Shown here: in pieces, positions 22,833-32,898 of the stretch
Layout of the letters: each line of letters opens with the position of its first letter
How positions within the stretch are numbered: position 1 is the first letter of the stretch
Assembly (NCBI GenBank): GCA_965248755.1
Contig: OZ252149.1
Coordinates: 1,728,001 to 1,792,000 of the forward strand
Direction: 5' to 3'
Source of the DNA: Candidatus Latescibacterota bacterium
GTDB taxonomy: Bacteria; Latescibacterota; CBDEFO01
Length of the DNA: 64,000 nucleotides
Position numbers and translations under genes: made by a program
Notes under the pieces: generated by a model
What the model was told of the DNA's origin: nothing
Databases searched by the model: none
The model's input: only the letters and a program-made list of their open reading frames with translations

Positions 22833-23642
22833 TCAGAACAATTCCTTCTCTATCAATTTTAGGTATCTGTTGCCGTAAATCATATCCGGTTCATGTTTGG
22901 TTGGTCGTACTCTGATTTCAAATTGAGGGTTCTCTACATTACTATTGTCGAATAGGACTAATCCTATACCGAAAATCAGACATAGAGAGTCCAGTCTTGA
23001 GATGTCATCCTGAGATGAGTTCTTGGGGATTACTATATGACATTTATGACTGAACAACCTATATGAGCAAGTCTGCCCAAACGCTGTAATCAAATCTCTA
23101 GCATCCGCTTTTATCTCCGCTGAAATAACTTCAGTGGGGACCGTGATAATATCACTTTTGCGTGGCTCTCGTATTCCTATAACATCAGGAGTTCCCCATT
23201 TGCCCTTGAATTTGTTACCTCCCAAAGCTATTGCCTTAGTACATTCCTCCAATTCGTCAACAAGCCAACCTGCAAAAGGCTTGTAAAAATCTTCTTCTTT
23301 TATTCTTTCAGAATTTCCCTTACCATTCTCAACTTCTAACACCAGTATATCTCCCTGATATACAAATTGTTCAAGTAATATCCGGGCATTGTCAATAGCT
23401 TTTGTTCTACTTGTGTTGGCTTCGATATATAACCCATTAGATAGTTTCCTAGGACTTGTGAAACCTCTATGAGCGTGTTCAGGACCTGTATTTATTAAAT
23501 ATCTCTTTCCTCTTCCAACACGGATTGGACAGTCGCTTTCCTTAAGTTTCCTCTCCTTAATGAGCCATTCTGCAGTGCTCACAAGAATCTCATATGCATA
23601 TTTGATTTCATAATTGTCGTTGCCAATTTTTATCTTTTCCAA
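22833..23642 (-). CDS. hypothetical protein with C-terminal PD-(D/E)xK nuclease-like motif
   Basis: WGTPDVIG...ISAEIK...AFGQ; AT-rich; an in-frame zinc-ribbon segment upstream is cut off by TAA (see findings). Confidence 0.7.
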   Translation of the reverse strand: MEKIKIGNDNYEIKYAYEILVSTAEWLIKERKLKESDCPIRVGRGKRYLINTGPEHAHRGFTSPRKLSNGLYIEANTSRTKAIDNARILLEQFVYQGDILVLEVENGKGNSERIKEEDFYKPFAGWLVDELEECTKAIALGGNKFKGKWGTPDVIGIREPRKSDIITVPTEVISAEIKADARDLITAFGQTCSYRLFSHKCHIVIPKNSSQDDISRLDSLCLIFGIGLVLFDNSNVENPQFEIRVRPTKHEPDMIYGNRYLKLIEKELF

Positions 23643-24030
23643 GTGAATGCCCTTCCTTTCATCTGCCTCAGGTAGCGCCTGATTATCTCTTAGCTGATTT
23701 TAACAAGCACGGCAGATCTTTGCTGTATCCTCATTCTCTTGCCCGCATTTCGGACAGTACATATTTACCTCACGCATTAGCAGACTGGATGGAATATACA
23801 ACTAATTAAGACAGCATCTGTCACAGTCTCAACAACGCTACGTTATTTACCTGCTAAGTATTTCTACAGGGAATCTGATGGATTAGGTACTTACGTAAAT
23901 TGTAGGGTAATCAGAGGGAAGATACAAAAGAAAAGGGTGGATGTCAATTACTTTGTGGGATAATTATTACTGGTGACTATATAGTGTCCATAGCCAGTCG
24001 AAGGCTAAATTAAGCCATATAACACTATAA

Positions 24031-25172
24031 TCGTCTATTACACTCGCGGCAATTTCTTTTCGCGAGTATCCGAATTCCGCGTGTCTGGCGATACTAATGT
24101 CGCTGATGTAGAAAGCGAACGCGTCCTGTGGGAGGTGTCACAGCCGGCGACGAATCACAACGGAGGTCAGCTCGCCTTCGGGCCGGATGGAATGCTCTAT
24201 GTCGGTCTTGGAGACGGAGGAGGAGGAGGGGACACATTCCGGAACGGTCAGGATCCCACTACCTGGTTGGCGGCGATTCTGCGCATCGACGTTGATGCTC
24301 GCACGGCAGGCCTCGAGTACGGTATCCCGCCTGACAATCCGTTTGTCGGCAACAGTCAAGATTGGCGTGAAGAGATCTGGGCATACGGCCTGCGCAACCC
24401 CTGGCGCTTCAGCTTCGACAGGAAAGGCGGTCAGCTGTGGACGGGAGACGTCGGGCAGAATAGGTGGGAAGAGATCGATCTCATCGAAAAGGGAGCCAAC
24501 TACGGCTGGAATAGGATGGAGGGATTTCACTGCTTCTCTCCTCAAACCAACTGCGACACCGTCGGCCTTGCCCTGCCTTTGTTCGAGTACGATCACAGCG
24601 TGGGAGCCTCCCTCACCGGCGGCTACGTCTACCGCGCCGCCCGTCTCGGCGGGCTATATGGTGTGTACATCTACGGCGATTTCATAACCAAGAAAATCTG
24701 GGGTCTGCGCTACGAAGAGGGTGAGGTGCGCTCCAACAACCTGATCGCCACCTGTCCGTCGAACATCACTAGCTTCGGCGAAGACGAGAGCGGGGAGGTT
24801 TACATCGTGGGATTCGATGGGCCGATCTACCTCTTGGAACTCCTGCCGGGTGAGATGCCGACCGCCGTTCTATCGGTAGAGAGCGAGCTGCCCCAGGCCG
24901 ACGCGCTATACCAGAACTACCCCAATCCGTTCAATCCCTCGACCACGATTTCATTCACGGTGGCAGCGCGCGGTTCGGTCGAACTCAGCGTCTTCGACCT
25001 TCTCGGCCGTCGGGTACGGATACTCACCGAAGGACCAAGATCAGCAGGGCAACACACAGTCGTCTGGGATGGCACCGACGAGAATGAACGAACGGTCGGG
25101 TCCGGCATTTACGTCTACCGGATTCGCATCGCTGACTTCGTGCAGACGCGCAAAATGGTGCTGGTCAAGTAG
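24031..25172 (+). pseudogene. 5'-truncated PQQ-dependent sugar (glucose/sorbosone) dehydrogenase with FlgD-Ig C-terminal domain
   Basis: NHNGGQLAFGPDG, GLRNPWRFSFD, DVGQ..WEE, NYGW, QNYPNPFNP. Family-like sequence starts abruptly at VYYTRG (~24033); the N-terminal blades and signal peptide are missing. Confidence 0.75.
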
Positions 25173-25183
25173 GGGGGACCATC

Positions 25184-27163
25184 ATGACTAAGGCATGGAA
25201 TTTTCTGTCGTATATGATCTCGACTCTTTGCATGGTGGGTATGATTGTCTCTGCAGTGAAGGCCGACGAGATTGGAGAATGGAGGTCGTACGGTTCGGAC
25301 AAAGCCAGTTCCAAATACATCCCGCTCGATCAAATCAAGGTGGACAGTGCGGTGAATCTCCGCATTGCGTGGCGTTGGAGCTCCGTTGACAATGAAATCC
25401 TCCGAGCCAACCCTGAACTATGGACTATGGTAAACGAAGCGACCCCGCTTATGATCGATGGGGTCATTTACACGAGCACCTCGCTAGGTCTGGTAGCCGC
25501 CATTGACGCTGTTACAGGGCGGACGATCTGGGTTTATGATCCGCAAACCTACGTGGACGGATCCCCAGCCAACGTGGGTTTCGTGCATCGCGGGGTCTCC
25601 TACTGGGAGGATGGTGATGATCAGCGAATCATCTACGGCACGGGTGATGCGTATTTGATCGCCCTCAACGCAAAGACGGGGAAGCCAATACCAGAATTTG
25701 GTGAGGATGGCAGAATCGATCTGACCCAGGGTTTGCGCCGGCCGGTCGAAAGGGCGCTCTACGCTGTCACTTCACCGCCTGCTATCTGTCGCGATGTGGT
25801 CGTCGTCGGTTCTACCGTGCTGGATGCCTTTGCAGTCGGGAAAATGCCGCAAAAGGTGATGCCGCCGGGCGATGTGAGAGGATTTGATGCGCGCACCGGC
25901 CAGAAGCGCTGGCTATTCCAGTCTATCCCCCAAGAGGGAGAGTTTGGAAACGAAACGTGGGAGAATGGATCCTGGAAAACTACGGGCAATACGAATGTAT
26001 GGACGATGATGAGCTCTGACGAGGAGTTGGGTTACGTATATCTGCCCTTCAGTACTCCTACCAATGACTTTTATGGCGGGAATCGTCATGGAGATAACCT
26101 CTTTGCCGAAAGCCTGGTATGCCTGAATGCGGAAACCGGCGAGAGGGTCTGGCACTTCCAGATACTACATCACGGAATCTGGGATTACGATCTTCCGGCT
26201 GCCCCGAATCTAATCGACATCACAGTTGATGGCGAAAGAATCAAGGCGGTTGCCCAGGTGACCAAACAGGGGTTCTGTTACGTGTTCGACCGCGTTACAG
26301 GAGAACCCGTCTGGCCCATTGAGGAGCGCCCGGTGCCGCAATCGGACGTACCCGGGGAGCAAACATCGCCCACCCAACCCTTTCCAACCAGGCCGTTGCC
26401 CTTCGAACGGCAGGGGTTGACCCACGACGACCTGATCGACTTCACTCCTGAATTACGTCAGCGGGCTATCAATATCATTGAAAGGTACGAGTATGGGCCT
26501 CTCTTTACGCCTCCCTCGGAAAAGGGTACGATAGCCCTGCCCGGCATAATAGGCGGGTCCAGCTGGGCCGGAGCAGCCGTCGATCCCGAAAGGGGTATTA
26601 TCTATATTCCATCCTATACATATCCGGCAATTGTGACCCTGAGCAAATCAGAAGACTCGGCCTCTGACTATTCCTATACTGGAACTGTAGAATTCGGACC
26701 GGAAGGCCCGCAGGGACTTCCCCTAATTAAACCCCCGTACGGGCGTATTACAGCCATAGATTTGAATACGGGTGAGCATCTTTGGGTACGTCCGGTCGGC
26801 GATGGGCCAAAAGATCATCCCGCACTGCAACACCTGAACCTCCCGCCGCTTGGAAGGGCGTATCGCAGTTTTCCTCTTCTGACGAAATCGCTGCTCTTCG
26901 CCGCCCTGCAGGCAGAATGGAGCGTACGAGGCAATTCACCTCGAGGGAACGCGATTGAAGTTGAATTCGAAAACAGAGAGGCTTTCCTGTGGGCGTTTGA
27001 CCCTGAAGACGGAACCCCGATCGCCAAAACGGCGCTTCCTGGGAATGCGTCAGGGGCTCCGATCACCTATATGGCGGATGGCAGGCAGTTCATCGTCATT
27101 CCGCTAGGAGGAGCCTCTCAGCCAGCAGAACTTATCGCGCTGAGCTTGCCGTTCCCCGATTGA
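25184..27163 (+). CDS. PQQ-dependent quinoprotein glucose dehydrogenase-like protein
   Basis: W..YG.D, TPL, HHGIWDYD, QVTKQG, PPYGRITAIDL, PITY...GRQFIV; the stop codon lies inside the 21-bp palindrome. Confidence 0.92.
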   Translation: MTKAWNFLSYMISTLCMVGMIVSAVKADEIGEWRSYGSDKASSKYIPLDQIKVDSAVNLRIAWRWSSVDNEILRANPELWTMVNEATPLMIDGVIYTSTSLGLVAAIDAVTGRTIWVYDPQTYVDGSPANVGFVHRGVSYWEDGDDQRIIYGTGDAYLIALNAKTGKPIPEFGEDGRIDLTQGLRRPVERALYAVTSPPAICRDVVVVGSTVLDAFAVGKMPQKVMPPGDVRGFDARTGQKRWLFQSIPQEGEFGNETWENGSWKTTGNTNVWTMMSSDEELGYVYLPFSTPTNDFYGGNRHGDNLFAESLVCLNAETGERVWHFQILHHGIWDYDLPAAPNLIDITVDGERIKAVAQVTKQGFCYVFDRVTGEPVWPIEERPVPQSDVPGEQTSPTQPFPTRPLPFERQGLTHDDLIDFTPELRQRAINIIERYEYGPLFTPPSEKGTIALPGIIGGSSWAGAAVDPERGIIYIPSYTYPAIVTLSKSEDSASDYSYTGTVEFGPEGPQGLPLIKPPYGRITAIDLNTGEHLWVRPVGDGPKDHPALQHLNLPPLGRAYRSFPLLTKSLLFAALQAEWSVRGNSPRGNAIEVEFENREAFLWAFDPEDGTPIAKTALPGNASGAPITYMADGRQFIVIPLGGASQPAELIALSLPFPD

Positions 27164-27380
27164 ATCTATCGGGGGTCAACCTGACAATCAGCTTCGCGCT
27201 TGCCGTTGATCTTTCTCGTTGCCATTAGTCTGAGTCAGAACAGACACCAGGCAAGAGGGAATCCAGATGTCAGGACAGTTAAGGAAGGAGACGGAGGCGC
27301 CTCTCACCCTCTGTATGCAGGATAGTATTATTGAACTCTCTGATCTTGTCCAGACCATTTTGACCCTATACTTGTAATAC

Positions 27381-27461
27381 CAAGTCGCTCTGGTGACGGG
27401 CGGAAGCTGAGGAATTGGCCGAGCATCTACACTTGCATTAGCCACGGAAAGATCGAAAGCC
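27381..27461 (+). pseudogene. SDR N-terminal fragment
   Basis: QVALVTGGS*GIGRASTLALA with a stop at the usual Arg position and no continuation. Confidence 0.65.
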
Positions 27462-27531
27462 ATATCTGGAGATTTTTGGTCGAAAGGTGGAAGCTTGAAC
27501 CTACATTAGGTTCCTGGAGATTCCTGGCAGC

Positions 27532-28503
27532 TTAACAGCACCCTCCACCTGGATAGTGATATGTAGAACCTGTCACATTAATCTCCTGTTTATCCAAGGT
27601 TTCAAACCACCTTGCCGTCTTGTCACATACCTGGAAGGGAATATCTCTCATCACTATGTGACCCTTGCCGTCGTCAAAGCACTCATCATCCCCTGTATAT
27701 ATCACGGTCCTCCCCGTAAATACACACGCTCCGTCTGGCGGTATGGGATCGTTGTACGCCGCCAACTCCACTGTCTCCAAGAGAATATCCTCGTCCAGAT
27801 CGTATCTGCGACTGTCCAACATTCTGTAAGGACGCCTCCCTCTTATCTCCAGCGTCCCGAATCCAGTCTGGACAATGCGCTCAATATACTCATCGAACAA
27901 CAGGGCACCCGAAAGACACATAGCCCTTAATCGCTCATCCATCTTAAGGTGATCAGGTATCGGCTTTTGCGACACAGGATCGGATATAATGAGCTTTCCG
28001 CCCATCTTCAAGGCGCGCCTTATCTCCACCAGAGCTGTCATCAGGTCGCTTTCGGTAAATATATTAAATAAACAGTTTTGCGCAGCTATGTCCACAGATC
28101 TGTCCGGTAGGGGCAGACTCAGAGCGTCCCCCTCCATCAGAGTCACAAACGATGGATCGAACCAATCGTTTTCGAGGGCGGCTATGTGGAGGTTCCGCTC
28201 CGCTACCTCCAACATCTCAGGCACACTGTCTACCGCTATGACCGATCCCGGACGCCTCGTAAAATACGCAAACTGTAGCGCTTCCATTCCTCCCCCGACA
28301 CCGACATAGAGAATATCCATATCAGAACTCAAGTCCTGAATATGCACAGTCGTCCCGCACCCGTAGTTCATCTCAATCATCTCTTTGGGAATAGAAAGCC
28401 CCGGAAGCTCATAGCCAGAGCCGGTCGAACAGCAAAGCCCCGGTTGTGGTTCTAACGCCGCATCTTTGTAGAGTTCCCTCGTCGTCTCCAAGTAACTCAT
28501 CAT
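27532..28503 (-). CDS. arsM: ArsM-like SAM-dependent methyltransferase (arsenosugar-cluster type)
   Basis: GLCC, MNYGCG, LYVGVGGG, QNCLFN, MCLSG, DDGKGH, VCDKT, C-terminal GGGCC. Confidence 0.8.
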   Translation of the reverse strand: MMSYLETTRELYKDAALEPQPGLCCSTGSGYELPGLSIPKEMIEMNYGCGTTVHIQDLSSDMDILYVGVGGGMEALQFAYFTRRPGSVIAVDSVPEMLEVAERNLHIAALENDWFDPSFVTLMEGDALSLPLPDRSVDIAAQNCLFNIFTESDLMTALVEIRRALKMGGKLIISDPVSQKPIPDHLKMDERLRAMCLSGALLFDEYIERIVQTGFGTLEIRGRRPYRMLDSRRYDLDEDILLETVELAAYNDPIPPDGACVFTGRTVIYTGDDECFDDGKGHIVMRDIPFQVCDKTARWFETLDKQEINVTGSTYHYPGGGCC

Positions 28504-28552
28504 ATGTCTCCTTTGGGTTTTCTTAACTTAAAAAACCTGCGTTAGACTACTA

Positions 28553-28807
28553 CTAACCCGATTAATTCATAAGCTTGGTGGAGTCATTGCGAGGAGCAAA
28601 GCGGTCCCCGATTGAGTCTACCGGGGAAGCAATCTCAAGGTTTTATAGTGGTCTCCTATGAGAGCCGGAGAGTATTACATCTACCACAGAATCGAGATTT
28701 CTTCGCCTTCGGCTCGCAATGACACCGAAGGCCTTAAACAGCATAACTATAATATAATACAATCCCTTAATTAATACACGTCCTTTTTGTGTGAATTATT
28801 TGGGCTA
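28553..28807. mobile_element. ~255-bp MITE-like element, copy 1
   Basis: Near-identical to 35977-36232; imperfect TIRs TAACCCGATTAATT / AATTATTTGGGCTA; non-coding. Confidence 0.8.
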
Positions 28808-28819
28808 AAATACATTCAT

Positions 28820-30445
28820 CCGACATTCCCCATATCACATTCATGAGGGATTATATTTCGATACATTCTTGTTTCTGAATTAATATTACCACTTTTACAT
28901 TTTTCAACAAGTACTTTTTTCAATTAAAATAGTATTTTCCTCTGAATTATCACTTTCTTTGTGTTTAAATCCTCCAATTAGAGACACCTCTCCATCGACT
29001 CACAAAAAAATGTGGCAGTTTAAACAGAATAACATCGCAATCGTTCAATCCGGGATAATATTTCGGCAAATAACCTCTTGTCTATCCCAACCTCAGCCAT
29101 TTGAAACGTAATATATCCGCTGTGTCTGACAATCTTCGCTCCGATTTTGATAAATTTCACGAGGAGGCTGCGTAGTGACCAGTGTTTGATTTTCTTCGGA
29201 AGAACAAAACGTCGCAGGAAGTTGCCCAAGTTGTAAGCCAGAACAAACAGCCAGAGCCTCACCTGATTGGAGACGAAACGCTTGCATGAGAGTCGGGTCC
29301 AGTTCAGAGCATACTTGCCCTCCTTAATCCACTGCTCAGCTCTGCCACGGCCATTGTAGAAGTGTACCACGCCTTCTGGCTTGGCGCTCATGTTGGTCAC
29401 GATAAATCCCACTCTTGGGAATAACTCCCCTTGGTGCCATTCAACCTTGGCGACCACTCGCCTCGATTGATCCCAACTGGCCGCTTTATATTGAAATTCA
29501 TATAACGATACAATCGGTTTCCTCGGCGGTCGTCCAACTGGCCGAGTCAGCAGGTATCGTATCTTTTCATAGAGTATCTCATTTGCGGGAAGCCGAATGG
29601 CATACAAATAGCCGTTTCCCTCCAGATAATCATAAATCTCAGGCTTTGCGAATGCAGCATCGCCTCGAAAGTATTTCCTATTCTTCTTGCTCTCGTATCT
29701 CTTGACGATCGGTTCCAGAACTTCCTTCCAACGATCAGCACTGTGAACATTACCAGAGCGAAGTAGGACTCCTTCACAATCCCCGAACTGATTGAAGCAG
29801 AACACTGGATGAAAACAGGTACATCCGAAATGACCGTTGTAAGCTGATCCTTCCTGCTGGCCATGTACCGGACTCTCCGAACTGTCCATGTCCAGAATGA
29901 TTCGTTGATGCTGTGTTTTACTCATCGCTTTTTGAACCCACTTGCCATTGATATCTGACAAGTTTCTGAGATTGTCATGCTGAGTCAGTATATCAGTTTC
30001 AAAACGTCCTATCGTGTTGGAGCTGGCAGCTTGCCTGCCTTTGTCCTTCTTTCCGGTAATCGCTCGCATGACGGGATCAACGGATAATCGCTCGGCGTCA
30101 TTTACATCTTCATATCCTGCAAGACGGCTGTATATCGATTGACGCAGGAGAGTAGATATATCATGTTGGATATTACGGCCTGTGCGTTTATCGGTAAAAA
30201 CCGCTGATACCGAATCAAATAATCCCAGTGCGTAATCAAGGTCACGATACGCAAGAAGTCCACCGTTTGATGTCACCTTTGCACCATGAAATTCAAGCTT
30301 TATTCCTCCATCAAAACCTACTTTCATTCTTTCACCCTCTGGATGATCAATATTTATCCGCCATTTATGAGTCTTATTTATTGTAATATAACATGTTCTG
30401 GCGACTTTGACAACCATTTTTCGGGTCTAATATGGCGAATGGGGG
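28820..30445 (-). mobile_element. IS1380-family insertion sequence, copy 1
   Basis: Imperfect TIRs CCCCCATTCGCCATAT / CCGACATTCCCCATAT around a transposase; matches 63112-64000. Confidence 0.92.
29020..30327 (-). CDS. IS1380-family DDE transposase
   Basis: TSNGGLL, GYEDVND, LDMDSS...HGQQEG..YNGH, RGDAAF, YNGRG.AEQWIKE; ATG at 30327 or 30417. Confidence 0.95.
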   Translation of the reverse strand: MKVGFDGGIKLEFHGAKVTSNGGLLAYRDLDYALGLFDSVSAVFTDKRTGRNIQHDISTLLRQSIYSRLAGYEDVNDAERLSVDPVMRAITGKKDKGRQAASSNTIGRFETDILTQHDNLRNLSDINGKWVQKAMSKTQHQRIILDMDSSESPVHGQQEGSAYNGHFGCTCFHPVFCFNQFGDCEGVLLRSGNVHSADRWKEVLEPIVKRYESKKNRKYFRGDAAFAKPEIYDYLEGNGYLYAIRLPANEILYEKIRYLLTRPVGRPPRKPIVSLYEFQYKAASWDQSRRVVAKVEWHQGELFPRVGFIVTNMSAKPEGVVHFYNGRGRAEQWIKEGKYALNWTRLSCKRFVSNQVRLWLFVLAYNLGNFLRRFVLPKKIKHWSLRSLLVKFIKIGAKIVRHSGYITFQMAEVGIDKRLFAEILSRIERLRCYSV

Positions 30446-30531
30446 ATAATAATACGTAGATGTGATAAAGTTAAGTAAATATTGGGTCTTATCGTGTATA
30501 TAGTTGTTTAATAGTGCTTTCGGAGTAATGG

Positions 30532-31533
30532 TCAATCTGCATAAGTAGTGCTGAGATACCTTTCCCCCCTGTCCGGGAGGATGACCGCTACGACCTTTCC
30601 TGGGCCCATATCTTCTGCGACTTGCAAGGCCGCCCAAACCGCTCCACCCGCTGACGTTCCTGCTAATATCCCCTCTTCTCTGGCAAGTCTCCTTGCCATA
30701 AGGGAGGCGTCTTCGGTGGAGACCGTTATTATTTCGTCTATTGCGTCCCTGTTCAGGACAGCGGGGATAAATCCTGCGCCCCATCCTTCGATGCCAGTAA
30801 TGCCAGGAACTCCGCCCGACAGGACTGCAGATTCTTGAGGCTCAGCAGCCACTATCTTTACGTTCGGGAGCTCCTTTTTTAGGACTTCTCCCACACCTGT
30901 GACCGTGCCGCCGGTTCCGACGCCGGCGACAAAGGCATCGAGTTTTCCATCCATCTGGCTTAGAATCTCGAGGGCAGTGGTCCTCCTGTGAATCTCGGGA
31001 TTGGCAGGATTTTCGAACTGTTGAGGGATAAAATATTCCTCAGGGTTTCCAGACTGGAGTTCCACGGCTTTGTCTATTGCTCCCTGCATACCGTCCCAGG
31101 CTGGTGTCAAAATCAGCTCGGTTCCATAGGCCTTGAAGATGCTCCTCCTTTCGACCACGCTGGGAGTATCCGGCATTGTAACGATCATTCTGTAACCTTT
31201 GACGGCAGCAACCAGTGCCAGGCCGATCCCGGTGTTGCCGCTTGTCGGTTCGATGATCGTCATGCCGGGCTTCAAGCGTCCGTCCCGTTCTGCGGTTTCG
31301 ATCATAGAGAGGGCTATCCTGTCCTTAACGCTTCCGCCAGGGTTGAAGGATTCTAACTTGCCCCAGATTTCAGCACAATCTTGGTCGACTACTCTGTTGA
31401 GTCTAACAATCGGGGTGCTAAAGATCAACCCCAGCATATTCTCCACTTTAACAGTACTCAAGGATAATCTCCCATCATAAGAACAGTAGGCAGAAGTAAG
31501 GTCAAAGCCACTCACGTCGTAAGTTGTTATCAC
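30532..31533 (-). CDS. cysK: cysteine synthase A-like PLP enzyme; true start uncertain, possibly with a UGA-recoded N-terminal extension
   Basis: [42 protein letters not shown]. Confidence 0.9.
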   Translation of the reverse strand: MITTYDVSGFDLTSAYCSYDGRLSLSTVKVENMLGLIFSTPIVRLNRVVDQDCAEIWGKLESFNPGGSVKDRIALSMIETAERDGRLKPGMTIIEPTSGNTGIGLALVAAVKGYRMIVTMPDTPSVVERRSIFKAYGTELILTPAWDGMQGAIDKAVELQSGNPEEYFIPQQFENPANPEIHRRTTALEILSQMDGKLDAFVAGVGTGGTVTGVGEVLKKELPNVKIVAAEPQESAVLSGGVPGITGIEGWGAGFIPAVLNRDAIDEIITVSTEDASLMARRLAREEGILAGTSAGGAVWAALQVAEDMGPGKVVAVILPDRGERYLSTTYAD

Positions 31534-31754
31534 ATCTTCACTCAGCTTGGGGAGCAGCAGAGCACGGAGTGCCCACGGCGCCTCTCCCAGGGACTGGTTA
31601 ACCCGCCCTCTACAGGAGAAGGATCACATTTTCGATTTTAGAAGATAGTTTACGTACCTTCCTCAACAGTTTAGAGACTTTGCCGCCTCTTTACCTCCGT
31701 CCGGTCTACCGTGTTTACCTAAGTTTCCCCTTTAGTCCCACTTGTCCAATTGTT

Positions 31755-32183
31755 TTAGATGTGAAATGTGAGGCTTTTGTCCCTTTGTCTCTTTCGTTCG
31801 CACAGATCACCAAAGTTGATGGAATACAGCATCTTGATAATAGCCTCTCTCAGGTCGTTCCAGACCTCCTGAAGGACGTAATTATCTCCATTTTGAGGAT
31901 CTAAGGGTACTTCTACAGGGTCTATGGGACCTTCCAGAAGCTCCACGATCTGCCCCACAGTAATCGTAGATGGTTCTTTGGCTATGGTATGTCCCCCCTT
32001 AGGACCCCTTAGACTTTTCACGTATCCCCCCCTCCTTAACAGCGTCAGGAGCTGAACGAGGTACTGTTCGGGGATATTCTGCCTTCGGGCTATGTCGGCA
32101 CCTTGGACTTGTCCTTGACCGTAGTTAATAGCCAGATCGAATATCGCCCTTACACCGTAATCTGTCTTGGCTGAAAGTCTCAT
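31755..32183 (-). CDS. Rrf2-family regulator (CymR/IscR-like, lacking the IscR Cys triad)
   Basis: YGVRA, IARRQNIP..YL.Q, SLRGPKGG. Confidence 0.93.
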   Translation of the reverse strand: MRLSAKTDYGVRAIFDLAINYGQGQVQGADIARRQNIPEQYLVQLLTLLRRGGYVKSLRGPKGGHTIAKEPSTITVGQIVELLEGPIDPVEVPLDPQNGDNYVLQEVWNDLREAIIKMLYSINFGDLCERKRQRDKSLTFHI

Positions 32184-32437
32184 TCGACCACACTCTTTTC
32201 TATAGGTTCTACAAGCACCCCGATCTTTTTGAGGTAAGACGCCGCTTTTTCGATCTCATCGTATTCCCCTATCATCTCCAGAGCGACAAGCCCCAATTCA
32301 TCTGAGACACTGGCTGTCCTTATGTTCGTCACAATCTTGAATTTGTGACCGATCTCATGTATTATCGGCTTTTTTATCAGTTCACTTGAGAAGGTGAGAT
32401 AGAACCTTCGGTTTATCTCCTCCGACATCTTCATCAT
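32180..32437 (-). CDS. NIL-domain protein
   Basis: LTF....KKPII.E....F....NIR.A. Confidence 0.8.
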   Translation of the reverse strand: MMKMSEEINRRFYLTFSSELIKKPIIHEIGHKFKIVTNIRTASVSDELGLVALEMIGEYDEIEKAASYLKKIGVLVEPIEKSVVE

Positions 32438-32838
32438 CTCCTTTTGACCACAGAAACGGAGGTCTCCCTGGCCACTTTGGGATCTGCGGTATACTTCCTT
32501 TTGCCCCTGTGGTTTAGTTTTTGGCTCTTGCAGCCAACCCCGATAGATTCAATCGGGGTTCCTCCGGCGATCGCCGGGACTATAGAGATGCTGTCTCCGG
32601 AGTTTAGGGTGGTATCCTTCCCGTTCAAGAACCTTATGTCCTCATCGTTGACATAGACGTTGATAAAGCGTCTTATCTCCCCGCTCTCGTCTACGAGTCT
32701 TTCCTTTATACCCTCAAATTGTGACTCCAAATGGTCAATAGCCTCAATCACGGTCGAAGCGTTTACCTCGACGCTAGGCTGATTATCTGTCAATCTCCTC
32801 AAGGGAGTAGGTACCCTGACTGTAATGCTCATTTTCAA
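32434..32838 (-). CDS. MoaD/CysO-type ubiquitin-like sulfur carrier with a 41-aa extension after Gly-Gly
   Basis: VPTPLR, RFINVYVNDEDIRF, IVPAIAGG followed by 41 more residues. Confidence 0.9.
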   Translation of the reverse strand: MKMSITVRVPTPLRRLTDNQPSVEVNASTVIEAIDHLESQFEGIKERLVDESGEIRRFINVYVNDEDIRFLNGKDTTLNSGDSISIVPAIAGGTPIESIGVGCKSQKLNHRGKRKYTADPKVARETSVSVVKRR

Positions 32839-32898
32839 CCCTCCTTATGTTAGACATGCTTGGATTCCCGAAAGGCAAAAAGGCACACACTGCACTAT

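Noticed and set aside
27408..27410. TGA in the SDR fragment as selenocysteine
   Set aside because: It occupies the Arg position of TGGSRGIG (CGA to TGA) in a decayed fragment
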